The notes beneath the pieces were generated by a model that was not told the origin of the DNA, ran no database searches, and was given only the letters and a program-made list of their open reading frames with translations. A stretch of 36,525 nt of DNA from Octopus sinensis (Eukaryota), in contig NW_021826251.1 in the NCBI RefSeq assembly GCF_006345805.1, positions 1 to 36,525 of the forward strand, given 5' to 3'. Positions within the stretch are counted from its first letter, which is position 1. Every line of letters starts with the position of its first letter. The position numbers and the translations under genes were made by a program. Positions 21,831 to 31,900 of this stretch are shown here, piece by piece.

Positions 21831-21957
21831 AATTATTGTATACAGTGCTCAGGTGCACCACAACTTGTCAGAAAGTGCGTATAAAGTACAAGCAGTAATG
21901 TACAAATGTCTGGGAAGCGAACGGTGTATGAGTCAGATACATGCTTGCGTGTGTATG
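21793..21957 (-). mobile_element. CR1/L2-type LINE 3'UTR fragment
   Basis: Reverse complement of the 27770-27910 3'UTR; (TAA)n tail. Confidence 0.75.
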
Positions 21958-22029
21958 TTTATTTACCATTATTTTACAATACCTTGCTTCAACGGGCAGG
22001 TTTTGATACATCCAAAAGCATGCAAAGTA

Positions 22030-22500
22030 AAGTTTGTGTTCTCTTCATTGTTTAGTAGTAATTCCAGAGAGAGATAGAATAATGTTGTAAGAGAACAGAA
22101 TTAGAGATAGAGAGAGTTGTAAGGTGTGGGATGTTGTCTCACAGTTGCTGACAGTAAACTTCATTCTCACTGAGTTATCACCGACTGTGACTAACTGATT
22201 TTTGCTTGGGGTGTGATTGTTTATATAACTATCCAGAAGTTTGTGTTTGTGTCCTCTTCATTGTTTAGTAGTAATTACAGAGAGAGATAGAATGATGTTT
22301 TAAGAGAACAGAATTAGAGCTAGTGAGAGTGTGGGGCGTTGTCTTTCTTTTCCCCTCTGGCCGTTTTGTCTTCCTGCTTCTATGATTCTAGTGGTCGGTT
22401 CACTAACTGATGTTAGCTCTCTCTCAACTCACAAGTTTGTCACCAAGGTGACTAACTGATTTTTGCTTGGGGTGTGCTTGCTTATATAAAGATCCAGAAA
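22030..22500. repeat. Diverged direct duplication (~210-270 bp)
   Basis: ctcttcattgtttagtagtaatt.cagagagagatagaat and gtgactaactgatttttgcttggggtgtg each occur twice. Confidence 0.8.
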
Positions 22501-22608
22501 GATAGATATATCATTGAGAACAATAGATTTAGTTGGTCTTGTTATCTATTCTAGCTTTTGGTGAAGTAGAAGAGGTTAGAAAGGGTCAAGTGGTGAAGAC
22601 ATTATTTC

Positions 22609-23521
22609 GGCCTAGCTAAAGGCATCTGGAAAATGTAAAACTGCTGTCAGAGAAAAACCATTGTTCCACCGTGGGAAAAGTTCTGTTGCAGTGTTAATTT
22701 AAATTTGGCTGTGGTGGATCAAATCCACTTCATGCAAGCAAGATTCGTTACATATTGATAAACGTAATTCATTACCTCTTCCTTACTTTCTGGCCTAGCT
22801 AAAGGCATCTGGAAAATGTAAAACTGCTGTCAGAGAAAAACCATTGTTCCACCGTGGGAAAAGTTCTGTTGCAGTGTTAATTTAAATTTGGCTGTGGTGG
22901 ATCAAATCCACTTCATGCAAGCAAGATTCGTTACATATTGATAAACGTAATTCATTACCTCTTCCTTACTTTCTGGCCTAGCTAAAGGCATCTGGAAAAT
23001 GTAAAACTGCTGTCAGAGAAAAACCATTGTTCCACCGTGGGAAAAGTTCTGTTGCAGTGTTAATTTAAATTTGGCTGTGGTGGATCAAATCCACTTCATG
23101 CAAGCAAGATCGTTACATATTGATAATGTAATTCATTACCTCTTCTTACTTTCTGGCCTAGCTAAAGGCATCTGGAAAATGTAAAACTGCTGTCAGAGAA
23201 AAACCATTGTTCCACCGTGGGAAAAGTTCTGTTGCAGTGTTAATTTAAATTTGGCTGTGGTGGATCAAATCCACTTCATGCAAGCAAGATTCGTTACATA
23301 TTGATAAATGTAATTCATTACCTCTTCCTTACTTTCTGGCCTAGCTAAAGGCATCTGGAAAATGTAAAACTGCTGTCAGAGAAAAACCATTGTTCCACCG
23401 TGGGAAAAGTTCTGTTGCAGTGTTAATTTAAATTTGGCTATGGTGGATCGAATCCACTTCATGCAAGCAAGATTCGTTATGTATTGATAAACGTAATTCG
23501 TTACCTCTTTCTTACTTTCTT
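22609..23521. repeat. Tandem array, ~183-bp unit x5
   Basis: ggcctagctaaaggcatctggaaaatg at ~22609, 22792, 22975, 23155 and 23338. Confidence 0.95.
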
Positions 23522-23762
23522 TAGCTTGGATATTTCAGTATTTTAACTTATTGAGCCAGAGACCATATATAATATAATATGTCAGCCTGGAGTACAATGT
23601 AATCGATTGTAGCTTATGGATAAGAGCAAGAGCAAAATGAAAGTGAAAGTAAATTAGTAGCACAATGGTGATTGGAAGAGAAAGTGTTGATACTGTGACT
23701 ACAAATCAATATTACTTTGCTAACACAGCAACACTTTCCTTTTGTCGGTTACCATCAGCTAT

Positions 23763-24170
23763 TGTGTGTGTGTGTGTGTGTGTGCGTGTGTGCGCGCGTG
23801 TGTGTGCGTGTTTGTGTGTGTTTGTGTGTGTGTGTTTGTGTGTGTGTGTTTGTGTGTATGTGTGTGTGTGTGTTTGTGTGTTTATGTTTGTATGTGTTTG
23901 TGTGTGTGCATGTGTGTGTACGTATGTTTGTGTGAGTGTGCTTGTGTATGTGTGTCTGTGTGTGTGCGCACACGCGTGTGTGTGTGTGTATGTTTGTGTG
24001 TGTGTGTTTGTGTGTGTGTGTTTGTGTGTGTGTGTGTGCGTGTGTTTGTGTGTGTGTGTTTGTGTGTGTCTTTGTGTGTATGTGTTTGTGTGTGTTTGTG
24101 TGTGTATGTGTACGTATGTTTGTGTGAGTGTGCTTGTGTATGTGTGTCTGTGTGTGTGCGCACACGCGCG

Positions 24171-24204
<34 letters not shown>

Positions 24205-24472
24205 CGTGTGTTTGTGTGTGTGTGTTTGTGTGTTTGTGTGTGTTTGTATGTATGTGTGTGTGTTTATGTTTGTGCGTGTTTGTGTGTGTGTATGTGTGTG
24301 TGTACGTGTGTTTGTGTGAGTGTGCTTGTGTGTGTGTGTGTGTGTGTGTTTGTGCGTGTGTGTATGTGTGTGTGTTTGACAACAGATGTTGGTGTATTTG
24401 TGTCTCGGTAACTTAGCAGCTAATCTATAAAAAGGAACATCTGTCGAGGTGATATGTTAGAACTGAATATGC

Positions 24473-24515
<43 letters not shown>

Positions 24516-24765
24516 CGTGTGTGTATGTGTGTATTTGTGTGTGTGTTTGTGTGTGCGTGTGTCTGTGTGTGTGTGCGTGTGTCTGTGTGTGTGTGCGTGT
24601 GTGTGTATGTGTGTGTGTGTGTGTCTGTGTGTGAGCGTGTGTGTGTGTGTGTGTGTGTGTTTAACAACAGATGTTGGTATATATATTTAATAGTTAAGCT
24701 ATAAAAAGGAACATGTCAAGGTGACATGTCAGAACTGAATATGTATGTGTGTGTGCGTGTGTGTG
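23763..24765. repeat. Imperfect (TG)n tracts separated by duplicated short SINE-body-like spacers
   Basis: TG tracts at 23763-24376 and 24475-24660; ttgacaacagatgttggt...ctataaaaaggaacat...agaactgaatatg occurs twice. Confidence 0.9.
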
Positions 24766-24978
24766 CAGCAGAAGGTAATGGCAAAACTTCTGCTGACTCT
24801 TTCGCCACAATTTTCTCTCATTCTTTCCTCCTGCATCTTGCAGCTCACCTGCGATGGACTGGTGTCCCTTCCAGGTGGGGAACCTATACACCACGGAAAC
24901 CAGGAAACCGGCCCTTATGAGCCAGGAATGGCTCAAGAAAGAACAAAACTATGTATGTATGTATGCATATGTGTGTAT

Positions 24979-25524
24979 CTCCTACCGCTCTATGTCATGC
25001 TGGTGAGACCCATATTGGAGTACAGGATTCAAGCCTCTTCTTATCTCCTCAAAGACATACATCATCTCGAAAGAGTCCAGAAGCTGGCTACCCGCATGGT
25101 TCTTGGTCTCAAGCATTTGTCTTATGAAAAAAGGCTGAAGATGCTCGACCTTTATTCTCTAGAAAAACGACGACGCCGTGGTGATCTCATTCTTGCTCAC
25201 AACATCATAAGCGAAAAGTGTAACCTCTCGAAAGAGCTGTTCTTCACTCCTGCTCCAGAGCGTCGGCTGCGGGGTCACTCCGAAAAGCTCTATCTGCGAC
25301 GATTTCATCTCAATCGAAGGAGAGGGGATTTCCACGTCCGGGTTGCAGATCTGTGGAATAAGCTGCCGAACAAGATAGTGAAGATGCCGACGACTGCTCG
25401 GTTCAAGGTCTCTCTTGACCAGAAATGGCCTGAACTCTTTGCATGAACACCACCCTGTGCACAACTCCATGTCCCCCTACATGGCCTTGCTTTTTGCTTT
25501 TTGAGCCAAATTAACTTAACTAAC
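24979..25524 (+). mobile_element. CR1/L2-type LINE 3' fragment (longest copy of the 6853-8447 family)
   Basis: LYVMLVRPILEY...LERVQKLATRMVLGLKHLSYEKRLKMLDLYSLEKRRRRGDLI...WNKLP; (TTAAC) tail. Confidence 0.9.
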
Positions 25525-25602
25525 TATCATCATCGTTTAACACCTGCTCTCCATGCTGGCAAGGGTTGGACGATTTGACTGAGGACTGGCGAACCGGACA
25601 CA

Positions 25603-25788
25603 TTAACCATGCATAAACATGTTTGTATAGGAAATAAACCATATCACTGCGATGTCTGTGGTTAGGCATTCTCAGTAAGTCATGGGTTGACTAAACACAA
25701 ATGTATTCATACAGGAAAGAAACTATATGACTATCACATCTGTAGTGAGTAGTTCTCTTAAGTAGATCACTTAACTAAACAAAAATAG
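25603..25788 (+). pseudogene. C2H2 zinc-finger relic (~2 fingers)
   Basis: LTMHKHVCIGNKPYHCDVCG*AFSVSHGLTKHKCIHTGKKLYDYHICSE*FS*VDHLTKQK*; CxxC...HxxxH spacing and HTGEKPY-like linkers with in-frame stops. Confidence 0.8.
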
Positions 25789-25925
25789 GACATTGTAACT
25801 GACCCTGTTGTCTATTGTTCTCTCAAAAAGAGATCATTTCCTCTCCAGATATGTAATAATATAGAACAGTAAATGTATTACTTTCAAAAAGTCATTTGTT
25901 GAAAATAAATATCTTAAATAACAAA

Positions 25926-27020
25926 CAGGAGTGGCTGTGTGGTAAGTAGCTTGCTTACCAACCACATGGTTCCGGGTTCAGTTCCACTGCGTGGCACCTT
26001 GGGCAAATGTCTTCTACTATAGCCTCGGGCCGACCAAAGCCTTGTGAGTGGATTTGGTAGACGGAAACTGAAAGAAGCCTGTCGTATATATGTATATATA
26101 TATATAGGCGTAGGGGTGGCTGTGTGGTAAGTAGCTTCCTTACCAACCACATGGTTCCGGGTTCAGTCCCACTGCATGGTATCTTGGGCAAATGTCTTCT
26201 ACTATAGCCTCGGGCCGACCAAAGCCTTGTGAGTGGATTTGGTAGACGGAAACTGAAAGAAGCCTGTCATATATATGTATATATACATATATAGGCGTAG
26301 GGGTGGCTGTGTGGTAAGTAGCTTGCTTACCAACCACATGTTTCCAGGTTCAGTCCCACTGCATGGCATCTTGGGCAAGTGTCTTCTACTATACCCTCAG
26401 GCCGACCAAAGCCTTATGAGTGGATTTGGTAGACGGAAACTGAAAGAAGCCTGTCGTATATATGTATATATATATAGGCGTAGGGGTGAAGGTGTGGTAA
26501 GTAGCTTGCTTACCAACCACATGGTTCCGGGTTCAGTCCCACTGCGTGGCATCTTGGGCAAGTGGCTTCTACTATAGCCTCAGGCCGACCAAAGCCTTGT
26601 GAGAGTGGATTTGGTAGACGGAAACTGAAAGAAGCCTGTCGTATATATGTATATATATATGTGTGTGTGCATGTTTGTGTGTCTTTGTTTGTCCCCCAAG
26701 CATTGCTTGACAACTGATGCTGGTGTGTTTACGTCCCCGTCACTTAGCGGTTCGGCAAAAGAGACCGATAGAGTAAGTACTGGGCTTACAAAGAATAAGT
26801 TCCGGGGTCGATTTGCTCGACTAAAGGCGGTGCTCCAGCATGGCCACAGTCAAAGGACTGAAACAAGTAAAAAGAGTAAACATAGTGGTTCGGCAAAAGA
26901 GACCGATAGAGTAAGTACTAGGCTTACAAAGAATAAGTCCCGGGGTCGATTTGCTCGACTAAAGGCGGTGCTCCAGCATGGCCACAGTCAAATGACTGAA
27001 ACAAGTAAAAAGAGTAAGAG
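25926..27020 (+). mobile_element. CORE-like SINE with four tandem heads and a duplicated 3' part
   Basis: Heads at ~25926, 26105, 26291 and 26475 (~185-bp period); 3' module at ~26745-26880 repeated at ~26881-27020. Confidence 0.9.
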
Positions 27021-27204
27021 TATCTGCGTATCTGATAACATTATATTTCTAGATTACTTCATTATTATCTCCGTTAGTCACATTGCATGTCATTCCGGGT
27101 TTTTTTACCTTTTTTTTAATAAAAGAAAATCATTTCTTCAAAATATTCACCATCATCACCATCATCATTTAACATCTGCTTTCCATGATGGCATATTCAT
27201 GTAT

Positions 27205-28270
27205 AATGAATACACCTTACTTCCCTGGGCATGGATACATTGAAACTCCGACGTCTGGCAGCTGACTTGGCAGACACCCAAAAAATTATTAACCCTCTTA
27301 CAAACAATAACTCTGAGCACCTTTTCAAACTCCACGCATCTAACACCTGTGGACATGTTTACAAAGACAGAAAACAGCACAGCTCCCACGACTTTTGGAA
27401 ACATTTTAGAATACCCTCCATCAGGCATTTGCCATATTCTGAACGCCTTGCTTCTCTGGGCATGGATACATTGAAACTCCGACGTCTGGCAGCTGACTTG
27501 GCAGACACCCATAAAATTATTAACCATCTTACAAACAATAACTCTGAGCACCTTTTCAAACTCCACCTGTCTAACACCCATGGACATGTTTACAAAGTCA
27601 CAAAACAGCACAGCTCCCATGACTTTCGGAAACATTTTTTCACGCTAATAGTTGCTGAAGCATGGAACAAACTGCCAGCATCAGTTGTTGGTTGTCGGAG
27701 CACTGCATCCTTCAAAACTTCCATGCTTCCTGAGATTCGCCAACACTACACCTGATCTTTCTCCCCTCCATACACACGCAAGCATGTATCTGACTCATAT
27801 ACTGTTCACCTCCCAGACATTTGTACATTACTGCATATGCTTTATACGCACTTTTGACAAGTTGTGTTGCACCTGAGCACTGTATACAACAATTTTATTA
27901 TTATTATTATTTAAAAACTCCAACTGTCTAACACCCGTGGACATGTTTACAAAGTCAGAAAACAGCACAGCTCCAATGACTTTCGGAAACATTTTTTCAC
28001 GCTAAGAGTTGCTGAAGCATGGAACAAACTGCCAGCATCAGTTGTTAGTTGTCGGAGCACTGCATCCTTCAAAACTTCCATGCTTCCTGAGATTCGCCAA
28101 CACTACACCTGATCTTTCTCCCCTCCATACACACAAGCAAGCATGTATCTGACTCCTACACTGTTCACCTCCCAGACATTTGTACATTACTGCATAGGCT
28201 TTATACGCACTGTTTGACAAGTTGTGGTGCACCTAAGCACTGTATACAATAATTACATTATTATTATTAT
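27205..28270 (+). mobile_element. Second CR1/L2-type LINE 3' ends, internally duplicated
   Basis: PSIRHLPYSERLASLGMDTLKLRRLAADL...FRKHFFTLIVAEAWNKLPASVV; (TAT)n tails at ~27895 and ~28255. Confidence 0.85.
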
Positions 28271-28271
28271 T

Positions 28272-28612
28272 TCAACACAACGTGACAGTCCCGTAAGGGA
28301 ATCACACCACCGCTGTTTAGCCCTAGGAAGCATCGACGCTTCCTGCCGGCTTTGACACATTTCCCGTGTCCTTATATTTGCGAAGGCTAGACAGGCATCT
28401 CAGCTAGCAGGGCTCACTATCCCGGACTGATGACGGGTTAAGACCCAGAAACATGCATGTCTTCAGGTGTGATTCCTAGCTGGTGGGGGTGCTTGCCTCC
28501 CCTTTGCAGATATGCCACAGGAAATGTGTCAAAGCCGACTTGAAGCGTCGATGCTTCCTAGGGCTAAACAACGGTGGTGTAATTCCCATACGGGACTGTC
28601 ACGTTATGTTGA
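28272..28612 (+). mobile_element. ~340-nt foldback (rod-like) element carrying a hammerhead ribozyme
   Basis: 28272-28369 pairs with 28515-28612 with about ten mismatches; pairing continues inward through G-U-containing helices to the hammerhead. Confidence 0.75.
28421..28467 (+). ncRNA. Type I hammerhead ribozyme motif
   Basis: cccgga CUGAUGA cgggu-uaag-accca GAAA caugcaug UC uucagg; canonical core boxes, palindromic ACAUGCAUGU stem III, predicted cleavage after GUC at 28461; C-A mismatch at the base of stem II. Confidence 0.8.
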
Positions 28613-28811
28613 CAGTATGCAACCACTCTATCTCTCCACCACCGCTCATGTCTCTCTGAGACATTTAGAAATTCAATATTTCCTGAGCACTGTATACAAT
28701 AATTTCATTATTATTATAATAATTCTTTCTAAGATATTTCCAGACGTAAGTAAATATGCTATTGATAGACAGGGTGAGACAAAAGTAACACAAAAAGACA
28801 TTTGACATTTT

Positions 28812-29426
28812 GGATCTTTTCCGTTTGAACGGCAGTTTTTTAAAATAATTTCCACGTAACTAAACACTTTTAAACTTCGTATACTGGTAGAATGTGTTTA
28901 TAAAACATCTTTTTCTCTTGGCTTTATTGAGAAAATTCTATAGTTTGTAAGATATTTGTTGTTTTTTTTTCTTCAATTTCTGCAATTTCAACCAATCACT
29001 GACGTCTATTGAGGTGAAAACATTCTGTGCCATATGAATATGTCCCTCGTTTAAGAAACAGATTGGGTTTATTTACATTTGTGAAGGAAAAAGATACCTT
29101 TCCCCCTAACCCTAACTCTAACCCTAAAACAGATTGAAATGCAATAGATCGATAGTAGGGTCATAATTATGGGCAACAATTTCAACCAATCAATGACGTC
29201 TATTGAGGTAAAAAAAAAAACATTCTGTGCCGTATGACTATGTCCCTCATTTAAGAACAGATTGGGTTTATTTACATTTGTGAAGAAAAAAAGATACCCT
29301 AACCATAACTCTAAACCTAACCCTAAAATAGATTGAAATGCAATAGATCGATACTAGGGTTATAATTATGGGTGAAAATTTCATATGACACCGGTAGAAA
29401 AAACTGCCGTTCAAACCGAAAAGATG
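28812..29426. mobile_element. Mutator-like MITE
   Basis: TIRs GGATCTTTTCCGTTTGAACGGCAGTTTTTT / AAAAAACTGCCGTTCAAACCGAAAAGATG; 9-bp TSD tgacatttt (28803-28811, 29427-29435); internal ~200-bp duplication. Confidence 0.8.
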
Positions 29427-29475
29427 TGACATTTTAAATTAATTATAAAGCGTTGTTTTTGAAATGAGCAATAAA

Positions 29476-29655
29476 TGAGGGGAAGTCAAAAATTACCTGC
29501 ACTTTCACCATAACGTATCTTTATTGTTGTTACACTGCTTTCCTCGTATGGTGCTTACGGTTGGTACTATTGTGGTTATGTGATCGAAGTTTGAACATGA
29601 TCACGCCATTTTTCTTTCTGCAATATGCACTGAAAAAGAACAAAGAACAGGTTCC
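29476..29655 (+). mobile_element. Possible mariner-like 5' end relic
   Basis: gaggggaagtcaaaaattacctgcac resembles a mariner TIR; downstream LSAICTEKEQRT resembles a mariner transposase N-terminus (CTxEEQRxV); highly degenerate. Confidence 0.4.
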
Positions 29656-29782
29656 GAGAAATAGTAATGACTCATTCGCTAGGAAACTTCTATACATTAA
29701 TTCTGTATATTCCCATGTAAAATTTTCAAGTGTGTGGTAGATAGTGGTGGTGGGGGTGGTGGGGGTTATGTATGTGTGTATG

Positions 29783-30121
29783 TAGGCGCAGGAGTGGCTG
29801 TGTGGTAAGTAGCTTGCTAACCAACCACATGGTTCTGGGTTCAGTCCCACTGCGTGGCATCTTGGGCAAGTGTCTTCTGCTATAGCCCCGGGCCGACCAA
29901 TGCCTTGTGAGTGGATTTGGTAGACGGAAACTGAAAGAAGCCTGGCGTATATATTATAGGTGTAGGAGGGGCTATGTGGTAGGTTGCTTGCTAACCAACC
30001 ACATGGTTCCAGGTTCAGTCCCACTGCGTGGCACCTTGGGCAAGTGTCTTCTGCTATAGCCCCGGACCAACCAATGCCTTGTGAGTGGATTTGGTAGACG
30101 GAAACTGAAAGAAGCCTGTCG

Positions 30122-30179
<58 letters not shown>

Positions 30180-30390
30180 TGTTTGTGTGTCTGTGTTTGT
30201 CCCCCTAGCATTGCTTGACAACTGATGCTGGTGTGTTTACGTCCCCGTCATTTTGTGGTTCGGTAAAAGAGACCAATAGAATAAGTACTGGGCTTACAAA
30301 GAATAAGTCCTGGGGGCGACTTGCTCGACTAAAGGCGGTGCTCCAGCATGGCCGCAGTCAAATGACTGAAACAAGTAATAGAGAGAGATA
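29783..30390 (+). mobile_element. CORE-like SINE with duplicated head
   Basis: Heads at ~29783 and ~29958, (TG)n centre, standard 3' module. Confidence 0.85.
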
Positions 30391-30556
30391 TGGTTACATA
30401 TGTAAGTACATGTGTATGTATCTGTGTATGTATGTATGCATATATGTATGTCATTGTTCAGTTTTATTTCAATATTTCTTGCCAATAGAGAAAGAGCTGG
30501 TTTCTAACCTAGATCCAAGGCTCCTTCATTGGAATTTCAACATCAACAACAGTTAA

Positions 30557-31549
30557 CAAGAGAAAAAGATGTTTTATAAACACATTCTACCAGTATACGA
30601 AGTTTAAAATTTTTTAGTTACTCTTTACTCTTTTACTCTTTTACTTGTTTCAGTCATTTGACTGCGGCCATGCTGGAGCACCACCTTTTAGTACTTATTC
30701 TATCGGTCTCTTTTTGCCGAACCGCTAAGTGACGGGGACGTAAACACACCAGCATCGGTTGTCAAGCAATGCTAGGGGGACAAACACAGACACACACACA
30801 TATACATATATATACATATATACGACAGGCTTCTTTCAGTTTCCGTCTACCAAATCCACTCACAAGGCATTGGTCGGCCCGGGGCTATAGCTGAAGATAC
30901 TTGCCCAAGATGCCACGCAGTGGGACTGAACCCGCAACCGTGTGGTTGGTTAGCAAGCTACTTACCACACAGCCACTCCTGCGCCTATTACGCGGAAATT
31001 ATTTTAAAAACTCCCGTTCAAACCGAAAAGATCTGTTAGGGTTAGGGGAAGGGTATCTTTTTTTCTTCACAAATGTAAATAAACCCAATCTGTTTCTTAA
31101 ACGAGGGACATTTTCATACGGCACAGAATGTTTTCACTTCAATAGACGTCAGTGATTGGTTGAAATTGCAGAAATTGAAGAAAAACAACAACAAATATCT
31201 TACAAACTATAGACTTTTCTCAATAAAGCCAAGAGAAAAAGATGTTTTATAAACACATTCTACCAGTATACGAAGTTTAAAAGTGTTTAGTTACCTAGAA
31301 ATTATGTTAAAAACTGCCATTCAAACCGAAAAGATCCGAATGTTTTCACCTCAATAGACGTCAATGATTGGTTGAAATTGCAGAAACTGAAGAAAAACAA
31401 CAACAAATATCTTACAAACTATAGACTTTTCTCAATAAAGCCAAGAGAAAAAGATGTTTTATAAACACATTCTACCAGTATACGAAGTTTAAAAGTGTTT
31501 AGTTACCTAGAAATTATGTTAAAACCTGCCGTTCAAACCGAAAAGATCC
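30557..31549. mobile_element. Rearranged Mutator-like MITE pieces with a nested minus-strand SINE (~30620-30987)
   Basis: The aaaactgccgttcaaaccgaaaagatc end occurs three times (~31030, 31335, 31548); the SINE interrupts ttagtta|cgcggaaattatt. Confidence 0.8.
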
Positions 31550-31900
31550 CAGAAGACACCTCCCCAAGGGGCCACGCAGTGCGAATGAAGCCAGAACAAT
31601 GTGGTTGGGAAGCATGTTACTACACAGCCACACCTATGCCTACATGTAAAGATACGCCCGTGCCTATGTATTTTATCAATATTAATGAAATATAAATGTC
31701 CATTTTTTCCCATTCACTGCACAGCAATAAAATGTCTGACCAAGAAGCAATTTATTGACATTTATTTATCAGGTTACGATACTTATTGATTGTAAAAAGT
31801 AGTGTGTTTAAAGATAGGATATTATCCAGAAGTTGACTATCAAATGTTATCATCTTAGTGTTTTTACTATTTGCATTGTATACTGCAATCTGGTTATTTC

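Noticed and set aside
28733-28751. Plus-strand micro-exon candidate ending in gtaagt
   Set aside because: Isolated signal with no partner exons; likely chance.
29106-29325. Telomere-like CCTAAC runs
   Set aside because: Only 2-3 imperfect units, internal to the MITE family.
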